Shown piece after piece: positions 1-8,569 of a stretch of DNA of 32,930 nt. The notes under the pieces were generated by a model, which was given only the letters and a program-made list of their open reading frames with translations, made no database searches and had not been told where the DNA came from. The first letter of the stretch is position 1. Each line of letters starts with the position of its first letter. Both the position numbers and the translations under genes were made by a program. This DNA is from Octopus bimaculoides (lineage: Eukaryota), in the NCBI RefSeq assembly GCF_001194135.2, contig NC_068985.1, positions 58,720,511 through 58,753,440 of the forward strand, in the 5' to 3' direction.

Positions 1-151
1 TATGTCCCCGTAACTTAGTGGTTCGGCAAAAGAGACCGATAGAATAAGTACTAGCCTTCCAAAGAATAAGTCCTGGGGTCGATTTCTTCGACTAAAGGCG
101 GTGCTCCAGCATGGCCGCAGTCAAAAGACTGAAACAAGTAAAAGTGTAAAA

Positions 152-154
<3 letters not shown>
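1..154 (+). mobile_element. 3' part of a tRNA-derived SINE (head lies outside the window)
   Basis: GTCCCCGTAACTTAG...AATAAGTACTAG...CTGGGGTCGAT...GGCGGTGCTCCAGCATGGCCGCAGTC...GAAACAAGTAAAAG with a short tandem tail (TAAAAGTG x2). Homologous pieces recur at 3603-3733 and ~4717-4750. Matches an abundant octopus SINE tail as I recall it. Confidence 0.8.

Positions 155-190
<36 letters not shown>
155..190. repeat. (TA)n microsatellite
   Basis: Direct reading. Confidence 0.97.
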
Positions 191-193
<3 letters not shown>

Positions 194-410
194 AGGGTGA
201 GAAAATGAATATTAATTTGATTAATATCAATTTAAAACTAGTGGCCTAGCAAAATGAAAAAAATCAAGAAAATTCAGCAAACACCAGAACGTGAGCGAGT
301 AAGACAAATGAAAAGATACAAACTATAAAGATGAATCATAGACCGGTTTCATTGTCACGACTTACGTAATTACCTACGTAATTGTCCGCAACTCCTCAGC
401 ATGATCGTCT
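190..410 (-). mobile_element. Non-coding dispersed repeat carrying a hammerhead ribozyme (Penelope-like/retrozyme-like non-autonomous element)
   Basis: 190-222 matches 1029-1061 at 29/33 nt. 269-289 is an exact 21-bp inverted match to 1060-1080. Hammerhead at 329-410, and the element ends in (TA)n on the minus strand. Class assignment is inference. Confidence 0.55.
329..410 (-). ncRNA. Type I hammerhead ribozyme motif, core intact
   Basis: Minus strand: AGACGAUCAUG-CUGAGGA-G-UUGCGGACAA-UUACGUA-GGUAAU-UACGUAA-GUCGUGACAA-U-GAAA-CCGGUC^UAUGAUUCAUCU. The full CUGANGA/GAAA/GUC core is present, with stem I of about 6-11 bp, an extended stem II and palindromic stem III ACCGGU. Confidence 0.8.
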
Positions 411-620
411 TGGCAATATAATTTTCAGAATTATACACGGGACGTCCGCATTAGATTGAACATGTATATAGCTCTACTAATTACATTTGGGATTATATTT
501 CAAAAGTCTTCGTTCCGGCGCGTCAAATACCGGAAATAATTCTGCGGAAAATAATTCTCTGCAGTGAATTTTGCCGGTTAGAAAACATTTATTTAAATTT
601 AAATAATTTGTTTCTTGCCT

Positions 621-1023
621 TTAACCCTCCAACGCGGAGTATAGGTCACTTATAATTGAATTCCATGTCGCATAATTTCTCGCTTTTGTACTTATACTCT
701 GCCATGAATGTCCTCCTTTCTCTAGTTCCTTTTGTGCTGATCTACGCCACGAGTTCTTAGGCCTACCCCTCTTTCTATATCCATTTGGATTCCACTGTAA
801 AGCGCTTTTCGCTGCATTTTGGTGTGTCCTTTCTAATTGTGCTACAAATCCACTTACACTTTCTCTTAAATATTTGCACTCTAATCGGAACTTTATTCGT
901 TCTTTGCCATAGCCCCATTTTGCTTATGTGTTCGGGCTATCTGATTTTAAGTATACTACGCAAGCACTTGTTGAGGAATGATTGTATTTGATTATTTGAC
1001 TTAACTGCTTTTCTCCATGTCTT
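621..1023 (-). mobile_element. 5'-truncated RTE-clade LINE, C-terminus of ORF (pseudogenised)
   Basis: Manual translation: TWRKAVKSNNQIQSFLNKCLRSILKIR*PEHISKMGLWQRTNKVPIRVQIFKRKCKWICSTIRKD/(frameshift)NAAKSALQWNPNGYRKRGRPKNSWRRSAQKELEKGGHSWQ...ATWNSIISDLYSALEG* (TAA at 621-623). This matches the RTE C-terminal signature CLRxILxIRWP..ISN..LW..T and ALxWNPxGxRxRGRPKxxWRR. It is absent from the ORF track. Confidence 0.88.
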
Positions 1024-1028
1024 TAAAT

Positions 1029-1115
1029 AATAAGGGTGAAAAACTGAGTATCAATTTGATTCTGGTGTTTGCTGAATTTTCATGAGATCAATCTTTTCTT
1101 AGTGGTCAGACCATA
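1029..1115. repeat. Second, internally inverted copy of the 190-410 repeat
   Basis: 1029-1061 is direct to 190-222, then 1060-1080 is the exact reverse complement of 269-289, with weaker inverted similarity to about 1115. Confidence 0.7.
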
Positions 1116-1174
1116 GGTGGTCTACTTCTAACAAAATGGATGTCCACTTAGTTGTCATCCCTCTCATATATATA

Positions 1175-1265
1175 TTGTGCAGCTGAAGATAGCCCTGTAT
1201 TTGATTTGATGTAATGATTGCAATGTTTAATTAAATGGAGCTGCCTGAAACGTTCGTACTACATC
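1175..1265 (+). ncRNA. Possible degenerate type I hammerhead motif
   Basis: CUGAAGA (1183-1189) ... GAAACGUU (1247-1254), the same GAAACGUU as the motif at 2223-2230. Stem II is only loosely paired and stem I is poor. Confidence 0.3.
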
Positions 1266-1723
1266 ACTATTGGTAAAATCAAGAAAAAATGGTACTCCAT
1301 CTGGTAAGAGATAAATATCAATTGATAAACACATATAAGTTTTTATGTGCTACGATTTCTTTTATGCGATAAAACCACGCCGGACAGTAGTTTTTAACGC
1401 GCATTGTGCCTTACCGAATTCTTCATGCACTGCCCACATGACATAATGAACTGAAGGTGACTTCAAAAGTCGCTGTGATAACCACATACCTTCTTTCTGA
1501 CTGAGGGACAAAAGTAAAGCTACTAAGTTGGTTAGCCACATGTGAATTTGAAGTCTAACGTTACACCACATAGGAGCAATTAGTGAACAGTCTTAGAGGA
1601 TGGGTCTATTAGATAATTTTTTTTATTTCATTAGAACTGAAGCAGAGAATTTATCTCGTGACGAGTTTCAGATCTAATAACGAAAAGCTACACACACACT
1701 AACACACATGCTCACATACACAT

Positions 1724-1726
<3 letters not shown>

Positions 1727-1787
<61 letters not shown>
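1727..1787. repeat. (GATA)n microsatellite
   Basis: Direct reading. Confidence 0.97.
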
Positions 1788-1889
1788 GGAAAGAGAGAGA
1801 GTGGGGGGGTAAACTTCCAAACTGTCATTCTGTCAATAGATCTGCCAGATGCTTGTACCTCACTGAGGCTTTATTATTAAACATTACTA

Positions 1890-2078
1890 AGCCGTCGAGC
1901 TGACATAATCCCCATCAGGACGGCCAAAATGCTTAGCGTCATTTCGTTCGAGTTTATGCTTTGAGTTCAAATTCCCCCGGGGTGGTTGATAGATATAAGT
2001 ACCATTGGTACTTGGAGTAACGTAATTAACTTAGCATTTTTCTCGAAACTGCTGGCCTTGTGGCAAAATTTGAAATTA
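1890..2078 (+). mobile_element. Degraded, internally deleted SINE (family of 16870-17104)
   Basis: GCCGTCGAGCTGACATAATC...AAATGCTTAGCG...GAGTTCAAATTCC...ATAAGTACCA aligns to the 16870 copy but lacks part of the core. Confidence 0.7.
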
Positions 2079-2086
2079 TTTTTAAA

Positions 2087-2157
2087 GACAGTGAGCTAGC
2101 AGAATCGTTACCACTTCAGGCACAATGCTTAGCGGCATTTCGTCCGTCTTTACGTTC
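2087..2157 (+). mobile_element. SINE head fragment (same family), interrupted by the hammerhead SINE
   Basis: GACAGTGAGCTAGCAGAATCGTTA...AATGCTTAGCGGCATTTCGTCCGTCTTTACGTTC corresponds to the first ~70 nt of the 16870 copy and stops abruptly. Confidence 0.75.
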
Positions 2158-2216
2158 GGGTACATTATTTGTATTATTTACAATTCACAGCTATCTGTCC
2201 TCATGTTGATTGTTGT

Positions 2217-2263
2217 TGACAGAACGTTTCGGCTGATATACCCACTAGCCTTCATTAGGTGTC
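2217..2263 (-). ncRNA. Minimal type I hammerhead motif, probably inactivated (G5 to A)
   Basis: GACAC-CUAAUGA-A-GGCUAG-UGGGUAUAU-CAGCC-GAAA-CGUU^CUGUC. Stem II is GGCU(A)G/CAGCC, stem I is GACAC/CUGUC (4 of 5 pairs), and stem III is palindromic ACGU. The core reads CUAAUGA rather than CUGAUGA. Confidence 0.7.
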
Positions 2264-2310
2264 TTGGGGAATTTTCGAACTTGTGTTCTCATTCCGAAGG
2301 TATTTTTCGA

Positions 2311-2312
<2 letters not shown>

Positions 2313-2377
<65 letters not shown>
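2313..2377. repeat. (TTA)n microsatellite inside the SINE
   Basis: Direct reading. Confidence 0.97.
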
Positions 2378-2381
<4 letters not shown>

Positions 2382-3183
2382 TCACTGCCTGGAATTGTAC
2401 TCGGAATCTTGGGGTTCGTAGCCCACGCTCTTAATCACTATGATATATGCCCACGNNNNNNNNNNNNNNNNNNNNNNNNNNNNNNNNNNNNNNNNNNNNN
2501 NNNNNNNNNNNNNNNNNNNNNNNNNNNNNNNNNNNNNNNNNNNNNNNNNNNNNNNNNNNNNNNNNNNNNNNNNNNNNNNNNNNNNNNNNNNNNNNNNNNN
2601 NNNNNNNNNNNNNNNNNNNNNNNNNNNNNNNNNNNNNNNNNNNNNNNNNNNNNNNNNNNNNNNNNNNNNNNNNNNNNNNNNNNNNNNNNNNNNNNNNNNN
2701 NNNNNNNNNNNNNNNNNNNNNNNNNNNNNNNNNNNNNNNNNNNNNNNNNNNNNNNNNNNNNNNNNNNNNNNNNNNNNNNNNNNNNNNNNNNNNNNNNNNN
2801 NNNNNNNNNNNNNNNNNNNNNNNNNNNNNNNNNNNNNNNNNNNNNNNNNNNNNNNNNNNNNNNNNNNNNNNNNNNNNNNNNNNNNNNNNNNNNNNNNNNN
2901 NNNNNNNNNNNNNNNNNNNNNNNNNNNNNNNNNNNNNNNNNNNNNNNNNNNNNNNNNNNNNNNNNNNNNNNNNNNNNNNNNNNNNNNNNNNNNNNNNNNN
3001 NNNNNNNNNNNNNTATATATATATATATATTATCAATAATTTTGATGATATAAAATTTCGAGACATGTCCATTCTCAAAATTTAAATCTCTTTATTTTTC
3101 CATTTCATAAACCATGTTTTATAGTTATTACTACCTACACATGTTTCCACTGCCCATCAATCAGGCGTAATTTTCTGTGCCGC

Positions 3184-3251
3184 TTCGTTTGGAGTCATAC
3201 GGTCTTTTATACAGAGCAGTTTCGTTTAATGTCATACGGTCTTTTATACAG
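3184..3251. repeat. Local tandem duplication, period 37 bp
   Basis: TTCGTTTnnnGTCATACGGTCTTTTATACAG at 3184-3214 and 3221-3251. Confidence 0.9.
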
Positions 3252-3602
3252 CGTATTCTCTTTAAACCTATGTCCAGCATGTGTTACTGCTGAATTGATA
3301 TCCATTTAAGTGGTACTCATTTGCATGCTGGCTGTTTGGCTGCTTTCCCATTTCGTCGTGTTTATAAACATATCCATGCGGTCTTATTCAATGTGATGTA
3401 ATCTGCAGACTTGGAAGCTAACTAGCGTATAATGATTCTGACGGTTTTATATCTTATTTACGAGAGAGTTTTTTCTATATAATGCAATGCGGTTGAATCT
3501 ATTATCCGTAACCACCTGCATCTATTTTCCGTAACCACCTGGATATATTATCTGTATTCATTTTTATACATAGTTATATATTTACGCACACATATATGCG
3601 AG

Positions 3603-3733
3603 TGCTTGATGACCAGTGTTGCTTTGTTTACCTCCCCGTAAGTTCGCAGTAGTGTTCTTGATTTTTGTCGACTAAAGCTTTCAATGCAGTGCCCCAGCAT
3701 GGCCTCAGTCCAATGATTGGTACAAAAGATGAA
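3603..3733 (+). mobile_element. Deleted SINE 3' fragment (family of 1-154)
   Basis: CTCCCCGTAAG...GATTTTTGTCGACTAAAG...GCAGTGCCCCAGCATGGCCTCAGTC aligns to 1-140 with an internal deletion. Confidence 0.7.
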
Positions 3734-6609
3734 AGTTAATTACATACATATATTCGTACGCTGGATAACCCATTCACACACATACACACGCACGCCCCCC
3801 CACACACACACACACACGTGCATGTATAAGGTTTCTTCTTACCAGCGAGAATATTGTGCTTTTGACGTCACAAGAAGTTATAAACTTTGAAGTAATTGAG
3901 AAATAATGACTTTTTTTATAATTGGGTTTCGAAGCACATAAATAGTAAAAATAATAGCAAGTAAATATTAGTTTGAATTCTTTCACGTTCTCTCGAATGA
4001 TTATAAATTCTTATAAACCTTTTGTGTATGAATTTCCTTTAACCAGTAATATATTTATTAAATCCATACCTTAATATATCACTGGATACTATTTTATCTA
4101 TACGTTTGTTTTGCTTTCAGAAAGTCAACATCAATGGAAGAAGAGCTAAAGATTTGAAGCTAAATTGTTCTTATACTGAATATAATCTAATCAGCTGATG
4201 TTTCAAGAATACCAATCGAAGGAAGTGATCTAAGACAATATCTACTGGATAACATTCCTTACTTACGAAACTACTGTGGATGTAAACTGAATACAACATA
4301 ACGTATGGATGGATATTTATGCTTCACTGAAAACAAATGTTAGTGACCGGAGCCCGATACAGTTATATATATCTAAACACATATAAATGTATGTATTTAG
4401 GAATACAGAAGGAGAACTAGACATCTACAAACATCCATATTTTGATGGCATTGAAAAAAGAAAATAGTTGATACTGTTATATGAAAGATCGTGTGAAAAC
4501 TCGACGAAAGGTTTTATAGTAATGTGAAATGCTCGATTCTATTTTGCAAATTTGCATTTCCATTACAGCTAATACATATATTTCTGTGGAACACAAAATA
4601 AATTTTGAAGAAATACAACATTCTTTAAACTGTTGAGAAAAAAAAATTATACTTAAAGTTAGATAAGCCTTTCCTGGAATTAAGTTACTGAGCTTCTAAA
4701 AATCAACATGTTCATAGCAGTGCCCCAGCTTGATCGCAGTAAAATGCTCTAAATGTAGGAAATAGTTTGTAATATCCGTTTTTGGTGATTTTAGTAAGCA
4801 GCTAACCAATTACATGCTTACTGTTTTTAATTGTTTGTAGATATTTTCATAAAGGTGTGTCGAATATTTTTCCCTAATGTATTATAGAAATAGATTTTCC
4901 TGTAATTCACTTCTTTGTCTAAAATTGATACCAAATCTATTTGAACTGAACGAAAATCATTGGTCATCTATTTACAATTGACCTAAATTAAATATTTACA
5001 TTTACCATTTTCGTCTAGATCGAAGGAATATTTGATTTAAATATTTAGAACCTGATCCAGAATAAATGTTTGTTAATTGTTTAGTCCAAATACATTTTAA
5101 ATAGTTTTAATCACCTTAATTTTCCAAGGGATTGCCTGTGGCTCAAAATTTGTGGATCGGTAAGTAATGTAAATAGGTATTAAGGTGAGTGAAGGCTGCT
5201 TATTCTATTAGATTGTCATTAATCATTCTTATTCTCCTGATCAATTAAAGGTCTACATCAGCAACTGCTTTACATATTAGGATAATTAACACAATATTAG
5301 ATATAGGATTATTTTCACTAAAGAAATATTTTTTTAAATCATGACTATATTTTGTATAGTATAGAACTATTTATTTATGAGAATACCCGTAACAATAATT
5401 TGATCTCTCTTCTATAAAATTGTTTTATATTCGTAACACTAATCTATCTGTTAATGAGAGAAGTAAAATCGTAGAGGAATCATCATTAAACAGAACGTAT
5501 TTATTGTCATATCTTTCCTTGTAGATAATTTTAGATCGTTCTTATTAGATAATCTGATTGATTTTAATGGCATTTAAGTTGTCGGAAAGAACATTCATGA
5601 TAGATATATATAGGAAAAAAAAAAGGAAAAAACGAACGGTGTTTTAGATAAAGCGATATACGAAAAGGTTGGAAGCGGAGCGAATATCGCAATAGGAAAT
5701 TTTAATCTGCAGCAATCTCTTTCTTGAATTGCATTTTATATATTATTTATATCAGTGAGAGATTTACTGATAATTGAATATAATATCAACACGAAATTTC
5801 AGTGCTAATGTTGATATATTACCATAAAAAAGTCACTAAGTCATGTTGCGGTTGAAACAGAAAATCGCACCAAAGAGCTCACCGAGAAAATCTTTATACA
5901 TTAGCCACCATCGATATCTAACCACGTTTACTTCTATCAAATTGGTTTTTACCTCATCTTCGAAGACAATATCTCCACATGGAAGTTTAGACGGTTTGTG
6001 TTTTAATAATCCCGTTTCTTCTACTCTAATGGGAAAACCAACTGATAATGTTGCTTGTAAAAGGAACAGTTGCAGAAAACCGAGTTTTCGAATTATACAT
6101 GATTTAATCAATCAGTACGAAATTCAGTTTAGCTAACGTCATATATGTCCGATGTCGTCTACTATCAAAGTAAAAGAGACGTCGACGACGAAGACGGCAA
6201 GTATCGTTAAAGATGAAAGTATTTGTATGAAATCGTGTAGCCATTATATATAAACGGGTTTTATTTTGAAATATATTGTAATCTGATAACTAAACCATAA
6301 ACCTCTTTTAATTTAATTTTCTCGAAATAATTTATGGACTGTTACTTCCCCTACAAATAAAATTTCTCCTATTGAAATGTGGTTAGTAAAAGTAATGACA
6401 TGAACAAAATTATATATATAAACATCAACATTTATATTTTTATACACTGTCCTAAATTTTAGTGAAATAATTTCGTTGAAAGAACAAGGCATATATGATT
6501 ATTCCTTCATTAATATTCTACGTAATCATAACCAAAGTTGCAGTTTTCCTCTCAATTTTTGTTCCGTATTCCTAAAACTACATCCAATACAAAACCTGAA
6601 ATTATTTTG

Positions 6610-6634
6610 CATTTCTTTCTTTATTACAATCCAG
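6610..6634 (+). promoter_or_regulatory. Candidate splice acceptor of the receptor's first coding exon
   Basis: Pyrimidine tract TTTCTTTCTTTATTACAATCCAG|A ending at 6634, 189 nt before the ATG. Confidence 0.5.
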
Positions 6635-6823
6635 AAAAATTCACTCTAACGGATATCAAATCATCAGATATATTTGGAATTAAATCAAACGGAATAAAAG
6701 ACAGTCATTATGGATATAATGTACCGTTGTTAGATGTGCATATGACTGCTCATTTGTTATTTTCCAATACAAAACTATTGAAATCTATTTGCCCAATTAC
6801 TTACTGCAACGATACTTTACAAA

Positions 6824-7429
6824 ATGGATTTTTACAAAACTTCCTCCGTTCAAACTTTAACCACCAAAATGGCCACGGTGACATATAATGGAGGAAGTAA
6901 ACTTCTTGAAAAACTATTCGCACCGTCCGATAATAAAGAACCAGAAACCCCGCCATCCCCTGATTTTTTTGAAGGACTTCTTGGTACAGATCCTGTTGAT
7001 ATTTTATCAGGTGTAGGAGAGTCACCACGAAGGCATGTGCACGATGCAAACGGCATACCCGGAAACCATGTTTCCACTACAAATCTTTCCACTTTACATA
7101 ACTCTTCTGCCGTTAGCAATGCTTCATCAATGACGACCGATTCCCTGGTGATATACAACGATAGTATATGGTTTTGTGACTGGAATGACAGTATCTGCTG
7201 GAATTCTACATACAACGAGTTGGCATCCACGGAGGAAGCAGCTTTAAAATATTGGAAACTCATACTCGCACTGTTCCCCCTTTTAACTGTTTTTGGGAAT
7301 GTTCTTGTCGTAATGAGTGTGTGCCGAGAACGTAGTTTAAAATGTGCGACAAACTACTTTATATGTTCACTGGCTTTAGCTGATCTATTAGTGGCTGTCA
7401 CGGTAATGCCAGGTGCCGTCTATTATGAG
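6824..7429 (+). CDS. DRD2: D2-like dopamine receptor (class A aminergic GPCR), first coding exon: N-terminus, TM1, ICL1, TM2 (202 codons)
   Basis: [60 protein letters not shown] contains GN1.50, LAxAD2.50 and P2.59, and closely resembles invertebrate Dop2R and vertebrate DRD2 TM1-TM2. There are six N-glycosylation sequons upstream of TM1. Good-context ATGs at 6824 and 6869. Ends at a phase-0 GTAAGT donor. The symbol denotes the D2-like class; exact orthology is not tested. Confidence 0.88.
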
Positions 7430-7435
7430 GTAAGT
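7430..7435 (+). promoter_or_regulatory. 5' splice donor GAG|GTAAGT
   Basis: Consensus donor directly after the Glu codon (E2.65). The ORF degenerates 10 codons later. Confidence 0.9.
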
Positions 7436-7868
7436 AAACATGTTTCTTTCTATCCATTTTAACTTATCAATGTAAAGCTTACAACCATTCGTAAGTTTTG
7501 AATATTATTTTTATTGTTTACCTTATTTTATTTACATTATTAGTGTATTGAAAAGTAAATATTTATCGTTCTCAAATGCTTTATTACATGTACATAGGCT
7601 CTTATTTTTGTACTCATATAATAGCATGTCACATTCACACTTTTGTAATAATTTATTTATCAGTGTATCATATAGGTGCATAAATATGCATGCATATANN
7701 NNNNNNNNNNNNNNNNNNNNNNNNNNNNNNNNNNNNNNNNNNNNNNNNNNNNNNNNNNNNNNNNNNNNNNNNNNNNNNNNNNNNATATATATATATATAT
7801 ATATATACATCCATACACACATACAAACATACTCACATATATATGTACACACATGAGTGTGAGTGCAT

Positions 7869-8448
7869 GTGTGTGTGCATTCAAGATATATCCGACTTTA
7901 TCATGTTCCAAAGAATTTCGCCGACGCTATCGGCACGCACAAATCCACCATTGATATTGAATCCCCTGATCCTGTGCTTATTTTCACTTCATGAGCAATT
8001 TTGTGAATTGTTACACGAAGGTCGTCCATGACTATTCACTGTACCTTCTAAATCGGCTCCTCGTTTCGACTTGTGGGTGGCTGGCCTGAGCATGTCTCGC
8101 TCTTTACTGAGGTGCGGTTATGTTTGAAGCGGTTGTTCGACTTCTTGCTCTGTGTTTTGCCCATGGTATCATCCCAGATAGCTTGCTGAATATCCTGGAT
8201 GTTACAGTATCAGCAAGTTTTTGACAAAACCTAACGCAGTATCTATACTCGATGTGTTCCGTGAAAACAAATCTGCATTCCACGCTTGTACACAAGGAGT
8301 CAGAGATGGGATCTGACGCTGCGTACAGGCGAAAACATCTTCATGCATGCACAAGAAGAGATGTCATTTCGTACCGAACGAAGTTTGCCCACACAGAATT
8401 AGTTTTGGCCAGAAAATATAGTCGGATACTCTTTGAACGCGCCTCGTA
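7869..8448 (-). mobile_element. Internally deleted mariner-family DNA transposon (HTH region only)
   Basis: TIR TA-CGAGGCGCGTTCAAAGAGTATCCGACT at 8448-8420; partner GCATTCAAGATATATCCGACT at 7877-7897 (16/21). Frameshifted translation EYRYCVRFCQKL..IQQAIWDDTMGKTQ..RFKHNRTSVKSETCSGQPPTSRNEE..DLRVTIHKIAHEVKISTGS..SAKF, after which the sequence joins the 3' TIR. Confidence 0.85.
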
Positions 8449-8569
8449 TATTATATGTAAAAGACACATTATCTGCACACAATTATGAATGTTCCATTTT
8501 ATTTCCAGAAGAAGAAATCCCATTGTTTTACTACTAATTCAAAGTTTCAATCTTTTATTTATTTATGTA

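Larger units (their letters stand above)
2160..2455 (-). mobile_element. tRNA(Arg)-derived SINE with internal (AAT)n and a 3' hammerhead motif
   Basis: Minus strand order: tRNA-like head GGGCATATATCATAGTGATTAAGAGCGTGGGCTACGAACCCCAAGATTCCGAGTACAATTCCAGGCAG (degenerate A/B boxes, CU-ACG-AA loop), (AAT)n, body, hammerhead 2217-2263, then a 9-nt tandem tail TGTAAATAA/TACAAATAA/TGTA. Confidence 0.75.

Noticed and set aside
2380-2455. Functional tRNA-Arg gene
   Set aside because: Acceptor, D and T stems do not pair properly and the B box is degenerate; it is a SINE head.
4211-4285. Hairpin GAAGGAAGTG..CATTCCTT followed by CGAAAC, hammerhead-like
   Set aside because: No CUGANGA core and no stem I; too decayed to support.
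5836-6136. Overlapping ~95-aa ORFs on both strands upstream of the receptor
   Set aside because: TTG/ATG starts without homology cues; more likely UTR or promoter sequence.
6801-7263. Antisense ORFs overlapping the GPCR exon
   Set aside because: Shadow frames of a real coding exon, with no recognisable motif.
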